A stretch of DNA of 64,000 bases, from NCBI GenBank assembly GCA_963695095.1, contig CAVOFT010000001.1, positions 1,664,001 through 1,728,000 on the forward strand, written 5' to 3'. The position numbers and the translations under genes are program-made. Shown here in pieces: positions 9,597 to 24,497 of the stretch. Under the pieces are notes generated by a model that worked only from the letters and a program-made list of their open reading frames with translations, ran no database searches and had not been told where the DNA came from. This DNA comes from an uncultured bacterium (GTDB lineage: Bacteria; Krumholzibacteriota; Krumholzibacteriia; JACNKJ01). The stretch's first letter is position 1; every line of letters starts with the position of its first letter.

Positions 9597-10403
9597 ATGA
9601 TGATGACGACCGGCCCGGCCCGCCCTGCCGTCCGCCTCTTGGCGCTGGCGCTCGTCCCGATGACCCTGTCCCTGGCGGGCTGTGGCAAGAAGAAGATCGA
9701 AAATCCCTACGAGCCGGCCAGCCTGGCCCAGGCCGTGAGCGGCGAAAGCACGAACAAGCTGTTCAAGTTCGAGCTCAGCTCGCCGAAGATCCTGGCGGTG
9801 GGGAGCAAGCTGGCCTTGCTCAGCGAGGCGGATCGCCTCGAGTTCCTCTATGCCGACGACATCGCCCTCCTCAGCAGCATGGACGCCGGTTTCAAGCTCG
9901 GCGTGCGTCGGGAATGGGGCAGCAATCCCGATGTCTTCCTGGTGCTGGAGCACGTCATCGAGGGGTCGGACACTTCCTTCGTCACTGCGGATGAGCCGCC
10001 CGTCTTCCCTTCCTATCAGAATTTCGCCTCCTTCGATCGCAGCAACTTCGTGGACCTGGCCGCCGATCTTGGCCGCCTGGGCGAAGCCGACCAGCGCTCC
10101 ATGCTAAGGGCCTACGGCCAGCAGGGCGAGCGGATCTGGGTGACCGGCGAGTTGACGCGCAGCGATCTCGGCGGGGCGCTCAGCTACACGCTGAGCACGC
10201 CGTTGGGGCGTTTCAAGCTGGAGGGCATCAACTCGCTCGGCGAGCTCTTCCTCAAGGCGGCGATGGCCGAGGGCGGCCAGGTCGGCGTCGGCGGCCCCCT
10301 GGGCGAGGTCTATCGCCGCAGCCAGCAGGAGACCACCGGCGTGCTGGGGCCGATGACGCTCGAGGTCTTCCGCTTCCAGAACTACATGATCACCAACGGC
10401 TAG
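9597..10403 (+). CDS. Hypothetical lipoprotein
   Basis: Lipobox LSLAG-C followed by GKKK; has its own promoter and terminator. Confidence 0.75.
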   Translation: MMMTTGPARPAVRLLALALVPMTLSLAGCGKKKIENPYEPASLAQAVSGESTNKLFKFELSSPKILAVGSKLALLSEADRLEFLYADDIALLSSMDAGFKLGVRREWGSNPDVFLVLEHVIEGSDTSFVTADEPPVFPSYQNFASFDRSNFVDLAADLGRLGEADQRSMLRAYGQQGERIWVTGELTRSDLGGALSYTLSTPLGRFKLEGINSLGELFLKAAMAEGGQVGVGGPLGEVYRRSQQETTGVLGPMTLEVFRFQNYMITNG

Positions 10404-10418
10404 CGCTTCTGTTTCCGC

Positions 10419-10445
10419 GCCCCGGTCCCGCGACCGGGGCTTTTT
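10419..10445 (+). terminator. Rho-independent terminator
   Basis: GCCCCGGTC-ccgc-GACCGGGGC-TTTTT. Confidence 0.85.
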
Positions 10446-10493
10446 CGTACCCGCTGCTGCGGTCCTGTGCTTCAATGGTCCCAGGAGGCGACG

Positions 10494-11543
10494 ATGAAGA
10501 TCGGACTCATCGGCCTGCCACGGGTCGGCCGGACCACCATCTACAACCTGCTCACGGGGCGGGGCGAGGCGACGGGGGGCTTCGGCGGGCGCGAGGCTCA
10601 TCGGGCCACGATCAAGGTGCCCGATGAGCGCATCGATCGCCTGGCCGCCATCTTCAAACCCCGCAAGACGACCTACGCCGAGATCGAGTTTCTCGACCTG
10701 CCGGCCTTCGAGGTCGGCCGGGGCGGCATTCCCGCCGATCGCTTGACCGAGATGCGCAACGTGGACGCCCTCGTCCACGTCCTGCGCGCCTTCCCGGTGG
10801 ATGAGCCCACGGCGGGTCCGGCCGGCGATGCGTCCGCGCTCGAGCAGGAGTTGATCCTGACGGACCTGCTGGTCGTCGAGCGGCGCCTCGAGCGGCTGCG
10901 GGCGGACTTCGCCAAGGGCCGCAAGGAGCTGGCCCCGGAACTGGAGCTCATGGAGCGTCTGCAGACGGCGCTCGGCGAGGAAACGCCGCTGCGGAGCATC
11001 GCACTGGACGAGGCCGACGATGCCTTGATCCGCGGCTACCAGTTCCTCAGCCGTCCTCCGATGGTGCTGCTCGCCAACTGCGGCGCCGCCACCGCGGCGG
11101 CCGAGCTGGCGCCGGTCGCCGAACTGGCCGCGGCGGGGGGGCTGGCCTATCTCGCGCTGGATGGCATCGCCGAGTGGGAGATCGCCCAGCTGGCGCCCGA
11201 GGACCGGCAGGCCTTCCTCGCCGACCTGGGGCTGAGCGAACCGGCGCGGGACCGCTTCATCCGTGTCTGCTATGATCTGCTCGAGCAGGCCGCCTTCTTC
11301 ACCGTAGGGGAGGACGAAGTGCGGGCCTGGACCATCCAGCGCAACCTGCCGGCCGTGCGCGCAGCGGGCAAGATCCACAGCGATCTCGAGCGCGGTTTCA
11401 TTCGAGCCGAGGTGATCGCCTACGATCGCTTCATCGGACTGGGCACTTTGGCGGAGGCGCGCAAGCAGGGCGCGCTGCGCCTGGAGGGCAAGGAGTACCC
11501 CGTGCAGGACGGGGACATCGTGAACATCCGCTTCAACGTCTAG
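10494..11543 (+). CDS. ychF: YchF/OLA1-family ATPase (divergent P-loop)
   Basis: KVPDERID, FFTVGEDEVRAWTI, AAGKIHSDLERGFIRAEV, RLEGKEYPVQDGD; ATG after AGGAGG. Confidence 0.9.
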   Translation: MKIGLIGLPRVGRTTIYNLLTGRGEATGGFGGREAHRATIKVPDERIDRLAAIFKPRKTTYAEIEFLDLPAFEVGRGGIPADRLTEMRNVDALVHVLRAFPVDEPTAGPAGDASALEQELILTDLLVVERRLERLRADFAKGRKELAPELELMERLQTALGEETPLRSIALDEADDALIRGYQFLSRPPMVLLANCGAATAAAELAPVAELAAAGGLAYLALDGIAEWEIAQLAPEDRQAFLADLGLSEPARDRFIRVCYDLLEQAAFFTVGEDEVRAWTIQRNLPAVRAAGKIHSDLERGFIRAEVIAYDRFIGLGTLAEARKQGALRLEGKEYPVQDGDIVNIRFNV

Positions 11544-11555
11544 ATCGGAGACGCC

Positions 11556-12521
11556 ATGCGACGCGAGCCGGTGAGCGGCCTCCAGGCGGGCCAGGAGATC
11601 GACAGCATCTACATCCTCAAGCGCAAGCTGCTCAAGAAGAACCCGGATGGCAGCCGCTTCCTGCTCTTCCAGTTCAGCGACAACAGCGGCGTCCTGGGCG
11701 GCATTCTCTGGGAAGCCGCCCAGGATGTCTACGACCGCCTGGAGCAGGGTCGCTTCGTGCGCGTGCACGGCGACATCCAGGACTACCGCGAGCAATTGCA
11801 GGTGCGCGTGCGCCACATCGAGGCGGTGGACGGTTCGCGCTTCGACCTGGCGGAGTTCCTGCCCGTGACGCCGATGGATCGGGAAGCGCTGGCCGAGGAG
11901 TGGCGGCGGCGCCTGGCCGATGTGCGGAATCCCGCCTTGCGCAGCCTGCTCACGACGATGTTCGAGGACGAGGAACTGGGCTGGCGCTTCCGCGCCGCCC
12001 CGGCGGGCAAGACCTGGCACCATCCCTACGTGGGCGGCCTCATGGAGCATGTCATCAAGCTCAGCCGCATCGTGATGGCCCTGTGCGAGCTCTACGCCGA
12101 ACTCGACCGCGACCTGCTCCTGGCGGCCTGCTTCCTGCACGACCTGGGCAAAGTGCGCGAGATGGAGTACGAAAAGGCCATCGACTACAGCTCGGAAGGG
12201 CGGCTGGTCGGGCACGTCGTGGAGGGCGTCGAAATCCTGGACGAGTTCCTGCCCCGCTGTCCCGAGCTCGGTGTGGAGACGATCTACCGTCTCAAGCACC
12301 TCATCGTCAGTCATCAAGGGGCCTACGAGTTCGGCAGCCCCAAGCTGCCCAAGACCCTGGAGGCGATCGTCTTTCACCACATCGACAACCTCGATGCCCA
12401 GATCGACGGCTATGCCCGCGTGCTCAAGGAGGGCCGCGAGACGATGGGCGGCGACAGCAACTGGACGGGCGTGCACAAGCTGCTCGGCCGCAATCTCTAC
12501 ATGGGAGGGCATGAGGAGTGA
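11556..12521 (+). CDS. yhaM: 3'-5' exoribonuclease YhaM/Cbf1 (OB-fold plus HD domain)
   Basis: APAGKTWHHPYVGGLMEH, LHDLGK, SHQG..EFGSPK.P.TLEA...HHIDNLDA. Confidence 0.88.
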   Translation: MRREPVSGLQAGQEIDSIYILKRKLLKKNPDGSRFLLFQFSDNSGVLGGILWEAAQDVYDRLEQGRFVRVHGDIQDYREQLQVRVRHIEAVDGSRFDLAEFLPVTPMDREALAEEWRRRLADVRNPALRSLLTTMFEDEELGWRFRAAPAGKTWHHPYVGGLMEHVIKLSRIVMALCELYAELDRDLLLAACFLHDLGKVREMEYEKAIDYSSEGRLVGHVVEGVEILDEFLPRCPELGVETIYRLKHLIVSHQGAYEFGSPKLPKTLEAIVFHHIDNLDAQIDGYARVLKEGRETMGGDSNWTGVHKLLGRNLYMGGHEE

Positions 12522-13699
12522 GGCCGCGGGCCTTCGTGATCATCCTCGACGGACTGGGCATCGGCGACCTGCCGGATAGCGCGGCCTTCGGGGACACGGG
12601 GCGCAACACGCTGCGCAATCTGGCGACCGCCGTGGGCGGACTCAGGCTGCCCGCGCTCGCGAAGCTGGGGCTGGGTCGTATTCAGCCCTGGTCGGGCATG
12701 GCGGAGGGCCCCGTGCAAGGCGCCTTCGCGCGCATGGCCGAGAAAGCCCAAGGCAAGGACAGCACCACGGGCCACTGGGAGCTGATGGGCTTGACGCTCG
12801 CGCGCCCCTTCCCGCTCTTTCCGGGGGGATTCCCCGCGACCCTGCTCGCCGACCTGAGCCGTCGTACCGGTCGGCGCTTCCTGGGCAACGAGGCGGCCTC
12901 CGGCACGGAGATCATCGAACGCCTCGGCGACGCGCATTGCGCCAGCGGCCACCTGATCGTCTACACATCCGCGGATTCGGTCTTCCAGGTGGCGGCGCAC
13001 GAGGACGTGCTGCCCCCCGGCGAACTCTACGCCTTCTGCGCCGAGGCTCGCGCCGTCCTGCAGGGCGAGTACGGGGTCAGCCGTGTCATCGCGCGCCCCT
13101 TCGCGGGGCCCAGCGGCGCGTACCGGCGAACGGCCGGCCGTCGCGATTTTTCCCTACCGCCGCCCGGCGAGACCCTGCTCGACCGCCTGCTGGCGGCCGG
13201 CCTGCCGGTACTCGGCATCGGCAAGGTGAAGGACCTCTTCGCCGGCCGCGGCTTCAGCGAGCACCTGCCCAGCACGAGCAATCGCGAAGGCATGGCCCAG
13301 CTGCGCGCGGTGCAGGCCCGGCCCCCGGCGGCGGGGCTGGTGTTCGTCAACCTCGTCGACTTCGACATGCTCTGGGGGCACCGGCGCGATCCGGCGGGCT
13401 ACGCCGCGGGCCTGCGGGAGTTCGACGACTGGCTGGCGGGCTGGCTGACCGGGATGCTGCCCGGCGACCGTGTCTTCATCACCGCCGATCACGGCAACGA
13501 TCCCACCGGGCCGGGCAGCGACCACACGCGCGAGTACGTGCCGCTCCTGGCTGCCGCGCCGCGCTTGCGATCGCCGCTCGACCTGGGACGCCGCGAGAGC
13601 TTCGGCGATCTGGCGGCAACCCTGGCCGAGGCCTTTGCCCTGCCGCCCAGCGGCGACGGCCGCTCCTTCTGGAGCGAGCTGGAAGCCGCCGGCGCCTGA
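12518..13699 (+). CDS. deoB: Phosphopentomutase
   Basis: ILDGLGIG, GKDSTTGHWE, YTSADSVFQVAAHE, NLVDFD..WGHRRD, TADHGNDP, HTREYVP. Confidence 0.95.
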   Translation: MRPRAFVIILDGLGIGDLPDSAAFGDTGRNTLRNLATAVGGLRLPALAKLGLGRIQPWSGMAEGPVQGAFARMAEKAQGKDSTTGHWELMGLTLARPFPLFPGGFPATLLADLSRRTGRRFLGNEAASGTEIIERLGDAHCASGHLIVYTSADSVFQVAAHEDVLPPGELYAFCAEARAVLQGEYGVSRVIARPFAGPSGAYRRTAGRRDFSLPPPGETLLDRLLAAGLPVLGIGKVKDLFAGRGFSEHLPSTSNREGMAQLRAVQARPPAAGLVFVNLVDFDMLWGHRRDPAGYAAGLREFDDWLAGWLTGMLPGDRVFITADHGNDPTGPGSDHTREYVPLLAAAPRLRSPLDLGRRESFGDLAATLAEAFALPPSGDGRSFWSELEAAGA

Positions 13700-13734
13700 T
13701 GGCCGGCTTTGCGGCCGCCCACGAGGAGGGAGCG

Positions 13735-14139
13735 ATGGACGAGCAGACACTGATCGCAGCGGCGCTGGCCGCCCGGGCCGGCGCGCACGCGCCCTACTCG
13801 GGCTTTCGCGTCGGGGCAGCGCTCGCCTGCGCGGATGGCAGCCTCTTCAGCGCAGCGAACCTGGAAAACGCCTCCTTGGGCCTGTCCGTCTGCGCGGAGC
13901 GCAACGCCGTCGCAGCGGCTGTTTTCGCCGGCCAGCGGGCCTGGCGCGCGATCGCGATTGCGACCGATGGTCCCGGCTTCACGCCGCCCTGCGGCGCCTG
14001 CCTGCAGGTACTGCGCGAGTTTGCCGCCGACTTGACCGTTCTGCTCGTCGACCGGGAGGGGGCCGTCCAGCGGCGGCAGTTGAGCGAGTTCCTGCCGCAT
14101 CCTTTCGTGGATTTCCCGAGAGCCGGGCAGGGCCGATGA
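13735..14139 (+). CDS. cdd: Cytidine deaminase
   Basis: APYSGFRVGAA, NLENAS, CAERNA, PCGACLQ. Confidence 0.93.
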   Translation: MDEQTLIAAALAARAGAHAPYSGFRVGAALACADGSLFSAANLENASLGLSVCAERNAVAAAVFAGQRAWRAIAIATDGPGFTPPCGACLQVLREFAADLTVLLVDREGAVQRRQLSEFLPHPFVDFPRAGQGR

Positions 14140-15485
14140 ACCTGCTACCCCTGATCCTGGCCAAGCGGGAGGGCGCGGCTCTCGATGCGGAGAGCCTGCG
14201 CGAGTTCGTGGCCGCTGTCAGCACCGATGCGGTGCCTGCCTACCAGGTCAGCGCCCTGCTCATGGCCATCGTCTGGCGCGGCATGGACGCCGCCGAGACG
14301 GTGGCGCTCACGCGGGCGATGGCCGCCTCGGGCCAGTGCCACGATTGGTCGGCCCTGGGTCGGCCGACGGTGGACAAGCACAGCACGGGCGGGGTCGGCG
14401 ACAAGGTCTCCCTCGTCCTTGCTCCCTTGGTGGCCGCGCTGGGGGCGGCCGTGCCCATGCTCAGCGGCCGGGGGCTCGGCTTCACCGGGGGCACGCTCGA
14501 CAAGCTGGAGTCCATTCCCGGTTTCGACACGCAGCTCGACGAGGCCCGCTTCCGGCGCCAGGTGGCGGAGCTGGGATGCGCGTTCATCGGGCAGAGCGAG
14601 CGCATCGCGCCCGCCGACCGCCGGCTCTATGCCCTGCGCGATGTTACCGGCACCGTCGAGTCGCTGCCGCTCATCGTCAGTTCCATCCTCAGCAAGAAGA
14701 TCGCCGCCGGGCCCGCGGCCCTGGTCATCGATCTCAAGGTGGGCGAAGGCGCCTTCATGCGCACGCTGGCGGCGGGCCGGGCGCTCGGCGCGGCGCTGCG
14801 GGAGACGGCGGTCGAGTTCGGGCTGCGCTGCACGGTGCTGTATTCCCGCATGGACACGCCGCTCGGCCAGAGCGTCGGCAATCGGCCCGAGTTGCGTGAG
14901 GCGCTGGCACTTCTGAACGGCGGGGGACCAGCGGCGCTGCGGGAGCTGGTTCTCGCCCTGGCCGTGCTCATGCTCGAGCTGGCCCGCGGGGACGCGCGGA
15001 CCGCGCTGCGCGCCGAGTGCGAGGCCGCCCTGGCCAGCGGTCTCGCGCGGGACCGCTTTCTGGCCATCGTTGCCGCCCAGGGCGGTCGCCTGGCGGGACA
15101 GCGCGCCGACTGGGGACTGCCCCCGGCCCTCGCGAGCGAGACCCTGACCGCAGCGGCAGCGGGCTACATGCCGGCTGCGGATGCAGCCGCGATCGGACGT
15201 CTCTGCGTCCGGCTGGGCGCCGGCAGGGCGCGCGTGGACGACGCGGTCGACCCGGCTGCCGGCATCCAATTCCTGAAGGATTGGGGAGAGCCGGTCTTGC
15301 CAGGTGAAGCGATCGCACGGGTCGAAGGGAACGACCCGCAACGGGTCGCCGCCGCCGCCGCCGCCCTGACGCCGCTGATTGCGGCGCAGGTCGCACCGCC
15401 GCCTGCGGTATCGCTGCTGCTCGGTCTCGAGGACGAGCGGGGATTCCACCCCCTGCGCAGTCTGGCCGAACTGATCGGCGACTGA
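14136..15485 (+). CDS. pdp: Pyrimidine-nucleoside/thymidine phosphorylase
   Basis: DKHSTGGVGDK, SGRGLGFTGGTLDKLESIPG, LYALRDVTGTV. Confidence 0.92.
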   Translation: MNLLPLILAKREGAALDAESLREFVAAVSTDAVPAYQVSALLMAIVWRGMDAAETVALTRAMAASGQCHDWSALGRPTVDKHSTGGVGDKVSLVLAPLVAALGAAVPMLSGRGLGFTGGTLDKLESIPGFDTQLDEARFRRQVAELGCAFIGQSERIAPADRRLYALRDVTGTVESLPLIVSSILSKKIAAGPAALVIDLKVGEGAFMRTLAAGRALGAALRETAVEFGLRCTVLYSRMDTPLGQSVGNRPELREALALLNGGGPAALRELVLALAVLMLELARGDARTALRAECEAALASGLARDRFLAIVAAQGGRLAGQRADWGLPPALASETLTAAAAGYMPAADAAAIGRLCVRLGAGRARVDDAVDPAAGIQFLKDWGEPVLPGEAIARVEGNDPQRVAAAAAALTPLIAAQVAPPPAVSLLLGLEDERGFHPLRSLAELIGD

Positions 15486-15499
15486 GGGCAGGCGGGCGA

Positions 15500-17668
15500 T
15501 CAGGGCTTGGGCAGATCCTCTTCCTGATTGAGACGATCCACTTCGCGCAGGCCGGGACCCGTGCCCAGCGGCGCCGATTTGCCGTGCGCGTGGCGGTCGC
15601 AGACGCGCGTCGGTTCCTGCCCTTCAATGAAGACTTCTTGCACCGTGCTCTTGCAGTAGCGGGTGGACAGCAGCCCCGATTGGCGACAGACGGCGACCTT
15701 GACGACGCCCTCCGGAATGACGAAGGGTTCCGGCGCCAAGTCGGCGTGGAGGCCTTTCATGACCTCGGTCCAGATCGGCAGGGCGGCATGGGAGCCCTCC
15801 ATCCACTGCCCCATCTGCTGCTTCTCGTCGAAGCCGACCCAGACGCCGCAGACGTACTGGCGCGTGAAGCCCACGAACCAGGCATCGAAATTGGAGTCCG
15901 TGGTGCCGGTCTTGCCGGCCGCGGGGTGACGGAAGCCCAGGCTGCGGGCCCGAATGGCCGTTCCCGAATCGATCACCGATTCCAGCATGCTGGTGATCAG
16001 GAAGTTGCTGCGTGGGTCGATCACCTCGCGGCGCTCGGGTTGGTGTTCCTCGAGTACCTGGCCCCAGCGGTCGATGACGCGCAGTACGGCGAAGGGTTCG
16101 CTGCGGATTCCGCCGGCAGCAACCACCCCGTAGGCGTTGGTCAATTCGAGCAAGGTAACATCAGCGGCGCCGAGCGCGAGCGAGATCACCGGCGGCATGG
16201 GACTCTCGATGCCCAAGCGGCGCGCGTAGTCGATGAGCATGGCCGGGCCCAAGCGACTGGTCAGCTTGACTGCCGGGATGTTGATCGACTGCGCGAGCGC
16301 CTCGCGCAGCGTGATCTCGCCGAGGAACTTGCCCGAGTGGTTGCGCGGACGGTAGGACTTGTTCTGACCTGGGAGGGGGATGGCCACCGGGGTGTCGAGA
16401 ATCAAGTCGCTGGGCGCAAATCCGTTCTCGATGGCGGCGAGGTAGACGAAAATCTTGAAGGCGCTGCCCGGCTGCCGCGGCGCCTGCACGGTACGGTTGA
16501 ATTCGCTCTGCGTGAAGTCCCGCCCGCCGACCATCGCGCGGATCGCCCCGCTCTGCGGATCGAGGACCAGGACCGCACCCTGGAGGTACTGCTCGCGCAC
16601 GGGCACTTGCTCGCCGGCCTTGTAGCGCTCCGTGACGGTGGCGTAGGTGTTGGGATAGCCCATGCGCTCCTCGAGGTAGCGCAGGTAGGCTTCCATCTCT
16701 TCCTCTGCCAGCAGCTGCGCTGCGGGGTCGATGGTGGTCTCGACAGTGAGCCCATCCCGGTACAGCTGCTCGGTGCCGTAGCGATTTTCCAGGTACTGCC
16801 GGACGAATTCGAGGTAGTAGCTCCCGCTGCGCCGTTCCGCCGTTCGCTCGAGCAGGCCGAGAGGTGCCGCTTGCAATGCGGTGGACTCGCTCCGTGCCAG
16901 CCGGCGGTTGTCGACCATCGCCCGCAAGACGAGATTGCGCCGTTCACGAGCGCGCTCGGGGAAGCGCTGCGGATTATAGGCCCAGGGATTCTTCGGCATC
17001 CCCGCGACCAGGGCGGCCTGGGCCACGTCGAGCTCGGCAGCGGGTTTGCCGAAGAGCGTCTGCGAAACCGACTCGACTCCGTAGGCGCCGGCGCCGAAGT
17101 AGACCTGGTTGAGGTACATCGTCAAGATCTCGTCCTTGGCATAGGCCCGCTCGATCTTGAGCGTGAGGATCATCTCCTTCAACTTGCGCTCGAGGCTCTG
17201 ATCCTTCGTCAGGAAGAGATCGCGGGCGAGCTGCTGGGTGATCGTGCTCGCGCCTTGCAAGGGCGCATCGCGGCTCTTCAAGCGGATGACGATGTCCGTC
17301 AGCAGCACTTTCGGCCAGCGCAGGATGTCCAGGCCCCAATGCTCGTAGAACCGCCGGTCCTCGACGGAAAGCACTGCATCCACCAAGTGGCGAGGCATTG
17401 CCTCGAGGGGGATGGCGACGCGGTTCTCGATGCCGAAGGAGCCATAGATGTCTCCGTGCCGGTCGAGCACCTGCGTCTTCAAGCTCTGGGTGATCATCTG
17501 CAGGCGCGTCGTGGAGGGCAGATCCCGGGAGAGCCAGGCGAAGCTGGCGATGCCGATGCCGCAGGCGAAACAGAAGGCGACCAGTATCAAGCCGAGGAGC
17601 CAGCGCCGACGCGCAGAGCGCGGGCGCCCGGGAAGCCGACGCGGGGGGAGGCTGGTCTGGGTATTCAT
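15500..17668 (-). CDS. Class A penicillin-binding protein (PBP1A family)
   Basis: TM anchor; EDRRFYEH and GASTITQQL (glycosyltransferase); SAFK, SIN, KTGT (transpeptidase). Confidence 0.95.
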   Translation of the reverse strand: MNTQTSLPPRRLPGRPRSARRRWLLGLILVAFCFACGIGIASFAWLSRDLPSTTRLQMITQSLKTQVLDRHGDIYGSFGIENRVAIPLEAMPRHLVDAVLSVEDRRFYEHWGLDILRWPKVLLTDIVIRLKSRDAPLQGASTITQQLARDLFLTKDQSLERKLKEMILTLKIERAYAKDEILTMYLNQVYFGAGAYGVESVSQTLFGKPAAELDVAQAALVAGMPKNPWAYNPQRFPERARERRNLVLRAMVDNRRLARSESTALQAAPLGLLERTAERRSGSYYLEFVRQYLENRYGTEQLYRDGLTVETTIDPAAQLLAEEEMEAYLRYLEERMGYPNTYATVTERYKAGEQVPVREQYLQGAVLVLDPQSGAIRAMVGGRDFTQSEFNRTVQAPRQPGSAFKIFVYLAAIENGFAPSDLILDTPVAIPLPGQNKSYRPRNHSGKFLGEITLREALAQSINIPAVKLTSRLGPAMLIDYARRLGIESPMPPVISLALGAADVTLLELTNAYGVVAAGGIRSEPFAVLRVIDRWGQVLEEHQPERREVIDPRSNFLITSMLESVIDSGTAIRARSLGFRHPAAGKTGTTDSNFDAWFVGFTRQYVCGVWVGFDEKQQMGQWMEGSHAALPIWTEVMKGLHADLAPEPFVIPEGVVKVAVCRQSGLLSTRYCKSTVQEVFIEGQEPTRVCDRHAHGKSAPLGTGPGLREVDRLNQEEDLPKP

Positions 17669-17768
17669 TGCGGACAGACCTTAGGGAAGGGGAAATCCCT
17701 TGTCAACGACGGGTACCATGGTTAGCGTTGCTCCGTTCTCCTGGCAAGAAAGGGCAGAAGGGGAGGCC

Positions 17769-18992
17769 ATGCTTTCGGTCAAGGAACAACTCGACATCAT
17801 TCTGCGCGGCACCGAAGAGGTCCTGCCCCGCGAGGACCTCGAACGCAAGCTTGACCGTGCCGTCGCCACGGGGCGGCCTCTGCTCATCAAGCAGGGATTC
17901 GATCCCACCGCCCCGGATCTCCACCTGGGGCACGCCGTCGGCTTGCGGAAACTCAGGCAGTTTCAAGAGCTTGGGCATCGGGTGGTCTTCCTTATCGGCG
18001 ATTTCACCGCGCTGATAGGCGATCCTTCCGGCCGGTCGGAAGTCCGCAAGGCGATGACTCGCGCAGACGTGGCGGCGAATGCAGAGACTTACCGCAAGCA
18101 GGTCGGGAAGATCCTCGATCTGGAGCGACTGGAGATTCGCTTCAACAGCGAGTGGTGCGAACCGCTGCACTTCGCGGACATCCTCAAGATGACGAGCCAT
18201 CACACCGTGGCCCGGATGCTCGAGCGGGACGACTTCGCCAAGCGCATCGCCGAGAATCGCCCGATCAGCATCATGGAGTTCCTCTATCCCCTGATCCAGG
18301 GCTATGACTCGGTTGCGCTGGGGGCTGACGTGGAGGTCGGGGGGACGGACCAGAAGTTCAACCTGCTCGTCGGCAGGCAGTTCCAGCAGGCTTATGGCCA
18401 GGAACCGCAAGTGATTCTCACGCTCCCCCTCCTGGAAGGGACCACCGGCGACGGCGAGAAGATGTCCAAGAGCCTTGGGAACACGATCGGGATCATGGAT
18501 TCCGCGCAGGACCTCTTCGGCAAGACGATGTCCATTCCGGATGCACTGCTGCCCACCTATTTCCGCTTGACGAGCGGGTTGCCTGCCGCGGAAGTCGACG
18601 CGGACCTGGTCCGCCTTGCCAGTGGGGGCATCAATCCGGTTCACCTCAAGCGGAAGCTGGCCCGGCAGCTGGTCGATCTGTATGTCGGTGCGGGGGAGGG
18701 TGAACTCGCGGAGGCAGCCTTCGATAGGCTTTTCGTGAGCAAGGAAGCGCCGGCCGATATGCCCGAAAGCCGCTTTCCGGCCGGGGACGACCTATGGATC
18801 ATCAGGGTTCTCCAGGATTCCGGAATGGTGAAGAGCGCCAGCGAAGCTCGGCGCCTCATTCAGCAGGGGGCTGTGGCGCTGGACGGGGAGGCGATCAGCA
18901 GCCCGGACTTCGCCGTGCGCCTGCAGCCCGGCCAGGTCCGCGTGCTCAAGGCGGGTAAGCGGCGGTTCCTGAGGATGATCGCGGTTTCCTAG
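17769..18992 (+). CDS. tyrS: Tyrosine--tRNA ligase
   Basis: [27 protein letters not shown]-terminal S4 domain; ATG after GGAGG. Confidence 0.97.
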   Translation: MLSVKEQLDIILRGTEEVLPREDLERKLDRAVATGRPLLIKQGFDPTAPDLHLGHAVGLRKLRQFQELGHRVVFLIGDFTALIGDPSGRSEVRKAMTRADVAANAETYRKQVGKILDLERLEIRFNSEWCEPLHFADILKMTSHHTVARMLERDDFAKRIAENRPISIMEFLYPLIQGYDSVALGADVEVGGTDQKFNLLVGRQFQQAYGQEPQVILTLPLLEGTTGDGEKMSKSLGNTIGIMDSAQDLFGKTMSIPDALLPTYFRLTSGLPAAEVDADLVRLASGGINPVHLKRKLARQLVDLYVGAGEGELAEAAFDRLFVSKEAPADMPESRFPAGDDLWIIRVLQDSGMVKSASEARRLIQQGAVALDGEAISSPDFAVRLQPGQVRVLKAGKRRFLRMIAVS

Positions 18993-19032
18993 CCCCGGGG
19001 CCGGCCTCTCGGCGGTTTTTTGGGGCAGCCCG

Positions 19033-19061
19033 TTGACATCCCACGAGGCCGTGGGTATATT
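19033..19061 (+). promoter_or_regulatory. rRNA operon promoter P1
   Basis: TTGACA-17 bp-TATATT followed by a GC-rich discriminator; a possible P2 (TTGACT-17-TACGGT) lies at 19130-19158. Confidence 0.75.
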
Positions 19062-19185
19062 CACCCCCGCTTCCTCCCCAGCCCCTCGCGGGCCGGGGGA
19101 GGGCAGAGTCCGGCTTCCAAACAAAGTGGTTGACTCTGTATCGTGGAGGGAGTACGGTCCCTCTCCTGTCCCTGAGTGGGCGTTC

Positions 19186-19197
19186 GCTCTTTGAAAA
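19186..19197 (+). promoter_or_regulatory. rrn leader boxA antitermination site
   Basis: GCTCTTTGAAAA; a second boxA (TGCTCTTTGACAA) lies near 21236-21248 before the 23S. Confidence 0.8.
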
Positions 19198-19322
19198 CCG
19201 AATAGCGCACAGTCCGTTCGATTCCGGATCGTAGCCTTGCGTCCCATTGCTGGGACGCTTTGGTAGAGAAGCGGAGCATGTCCGGCTTGCCTAGCAAGTC
19301 CGGTCGTGGTCCAGGCTATTTC

Positions 19323-20886
<1,564 letters not shown>

Positions 20887-21018
20887 TGGAGAACCCTCTC
20901 ATTCTGATGTAAGTCAGGAGGGGGGATCACTAGTCGATGCGATCTGGATTGGGCTGTGCGCTATTCAGTTTCCACAGGGCGGCCCGCCCGTGAGTAGGGT
21001 CAGGCGTATCGTCCCAAC

Positions 21019-21092
<74 letters not shown>

Positions 21093-21104
21093 CCCCTCGA
21101 TGAC

Positions 21105-21177
21105 GGGGATATAGCTCAACTGGTAGAGCACCGGCTTTGCAAGTCGGGGGTTGCCGGTTCGAGTCCGGTTATCTCCA
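21105..21177 (+). tRNA. tRNA-Ala (TGC), CCA not encoded
   Basis: GGGGATA/TATCTCC acceptor with G3:U70, anticodon loop TTTGCAA. Confidence 0.97.
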
Positions 21178-21291
21178 GTTCGCACGGTGCGGAAGCAAGT
21201 GCACCTGGGAATTTTGTTTAGGCCTTGGGGCCGTTTGCTCTTTGACAATCGCATATCGGGTAAGCGCAAGACCGGTATCTTCAAGAATTTT

Positions 21292-24290
<2,999 letters not shown>

Positions 24291-24341
24291 TTGATTATTG
24301 ATGATACCGTGCGCTTGCCCGATTTTGCGATTGTCGTCATT

Positions 24342-24457
24342 TTCGGTGGCGATAGCGCAGGGGAAACACCCGATCCCATTTCGAACTCGGTAGTTAAGCC
24401 CTGCTGCGCCGATGGTACTGTGGGGGCCACCCCATGGGAGAGTAGGGCGCCGCCGGT
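24342..24457 (+). rRNA. rrf: 5S ribosomal RNA
   Basis: CGGTGGCGATAGC...CACCCGATCCCATTTCGAAC...GATGGTACT...GGGAGAGTAGG. Confidence 0.97.
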
Positions 24458-24466
24458 TTTTTTCCC

Positions 24467-24497
24467 AAGCCCCGCCTCCCGGCGGGGCTTTTTCTTT
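24467..24497 (+). terminator. rrn terminator
   Basis: AAGCCCCGCC-tccc-GGCGGGGCTT-TTTCTTT. Confidence 0.9.

Noticed and set aside
13700..19000. Impression of slightly more A/T-ending codons from cdd to tyrS, suggesting foreign origin
   Set aside because: Not quantified, the genes are core housekeeping, and no mobility signatures border the region
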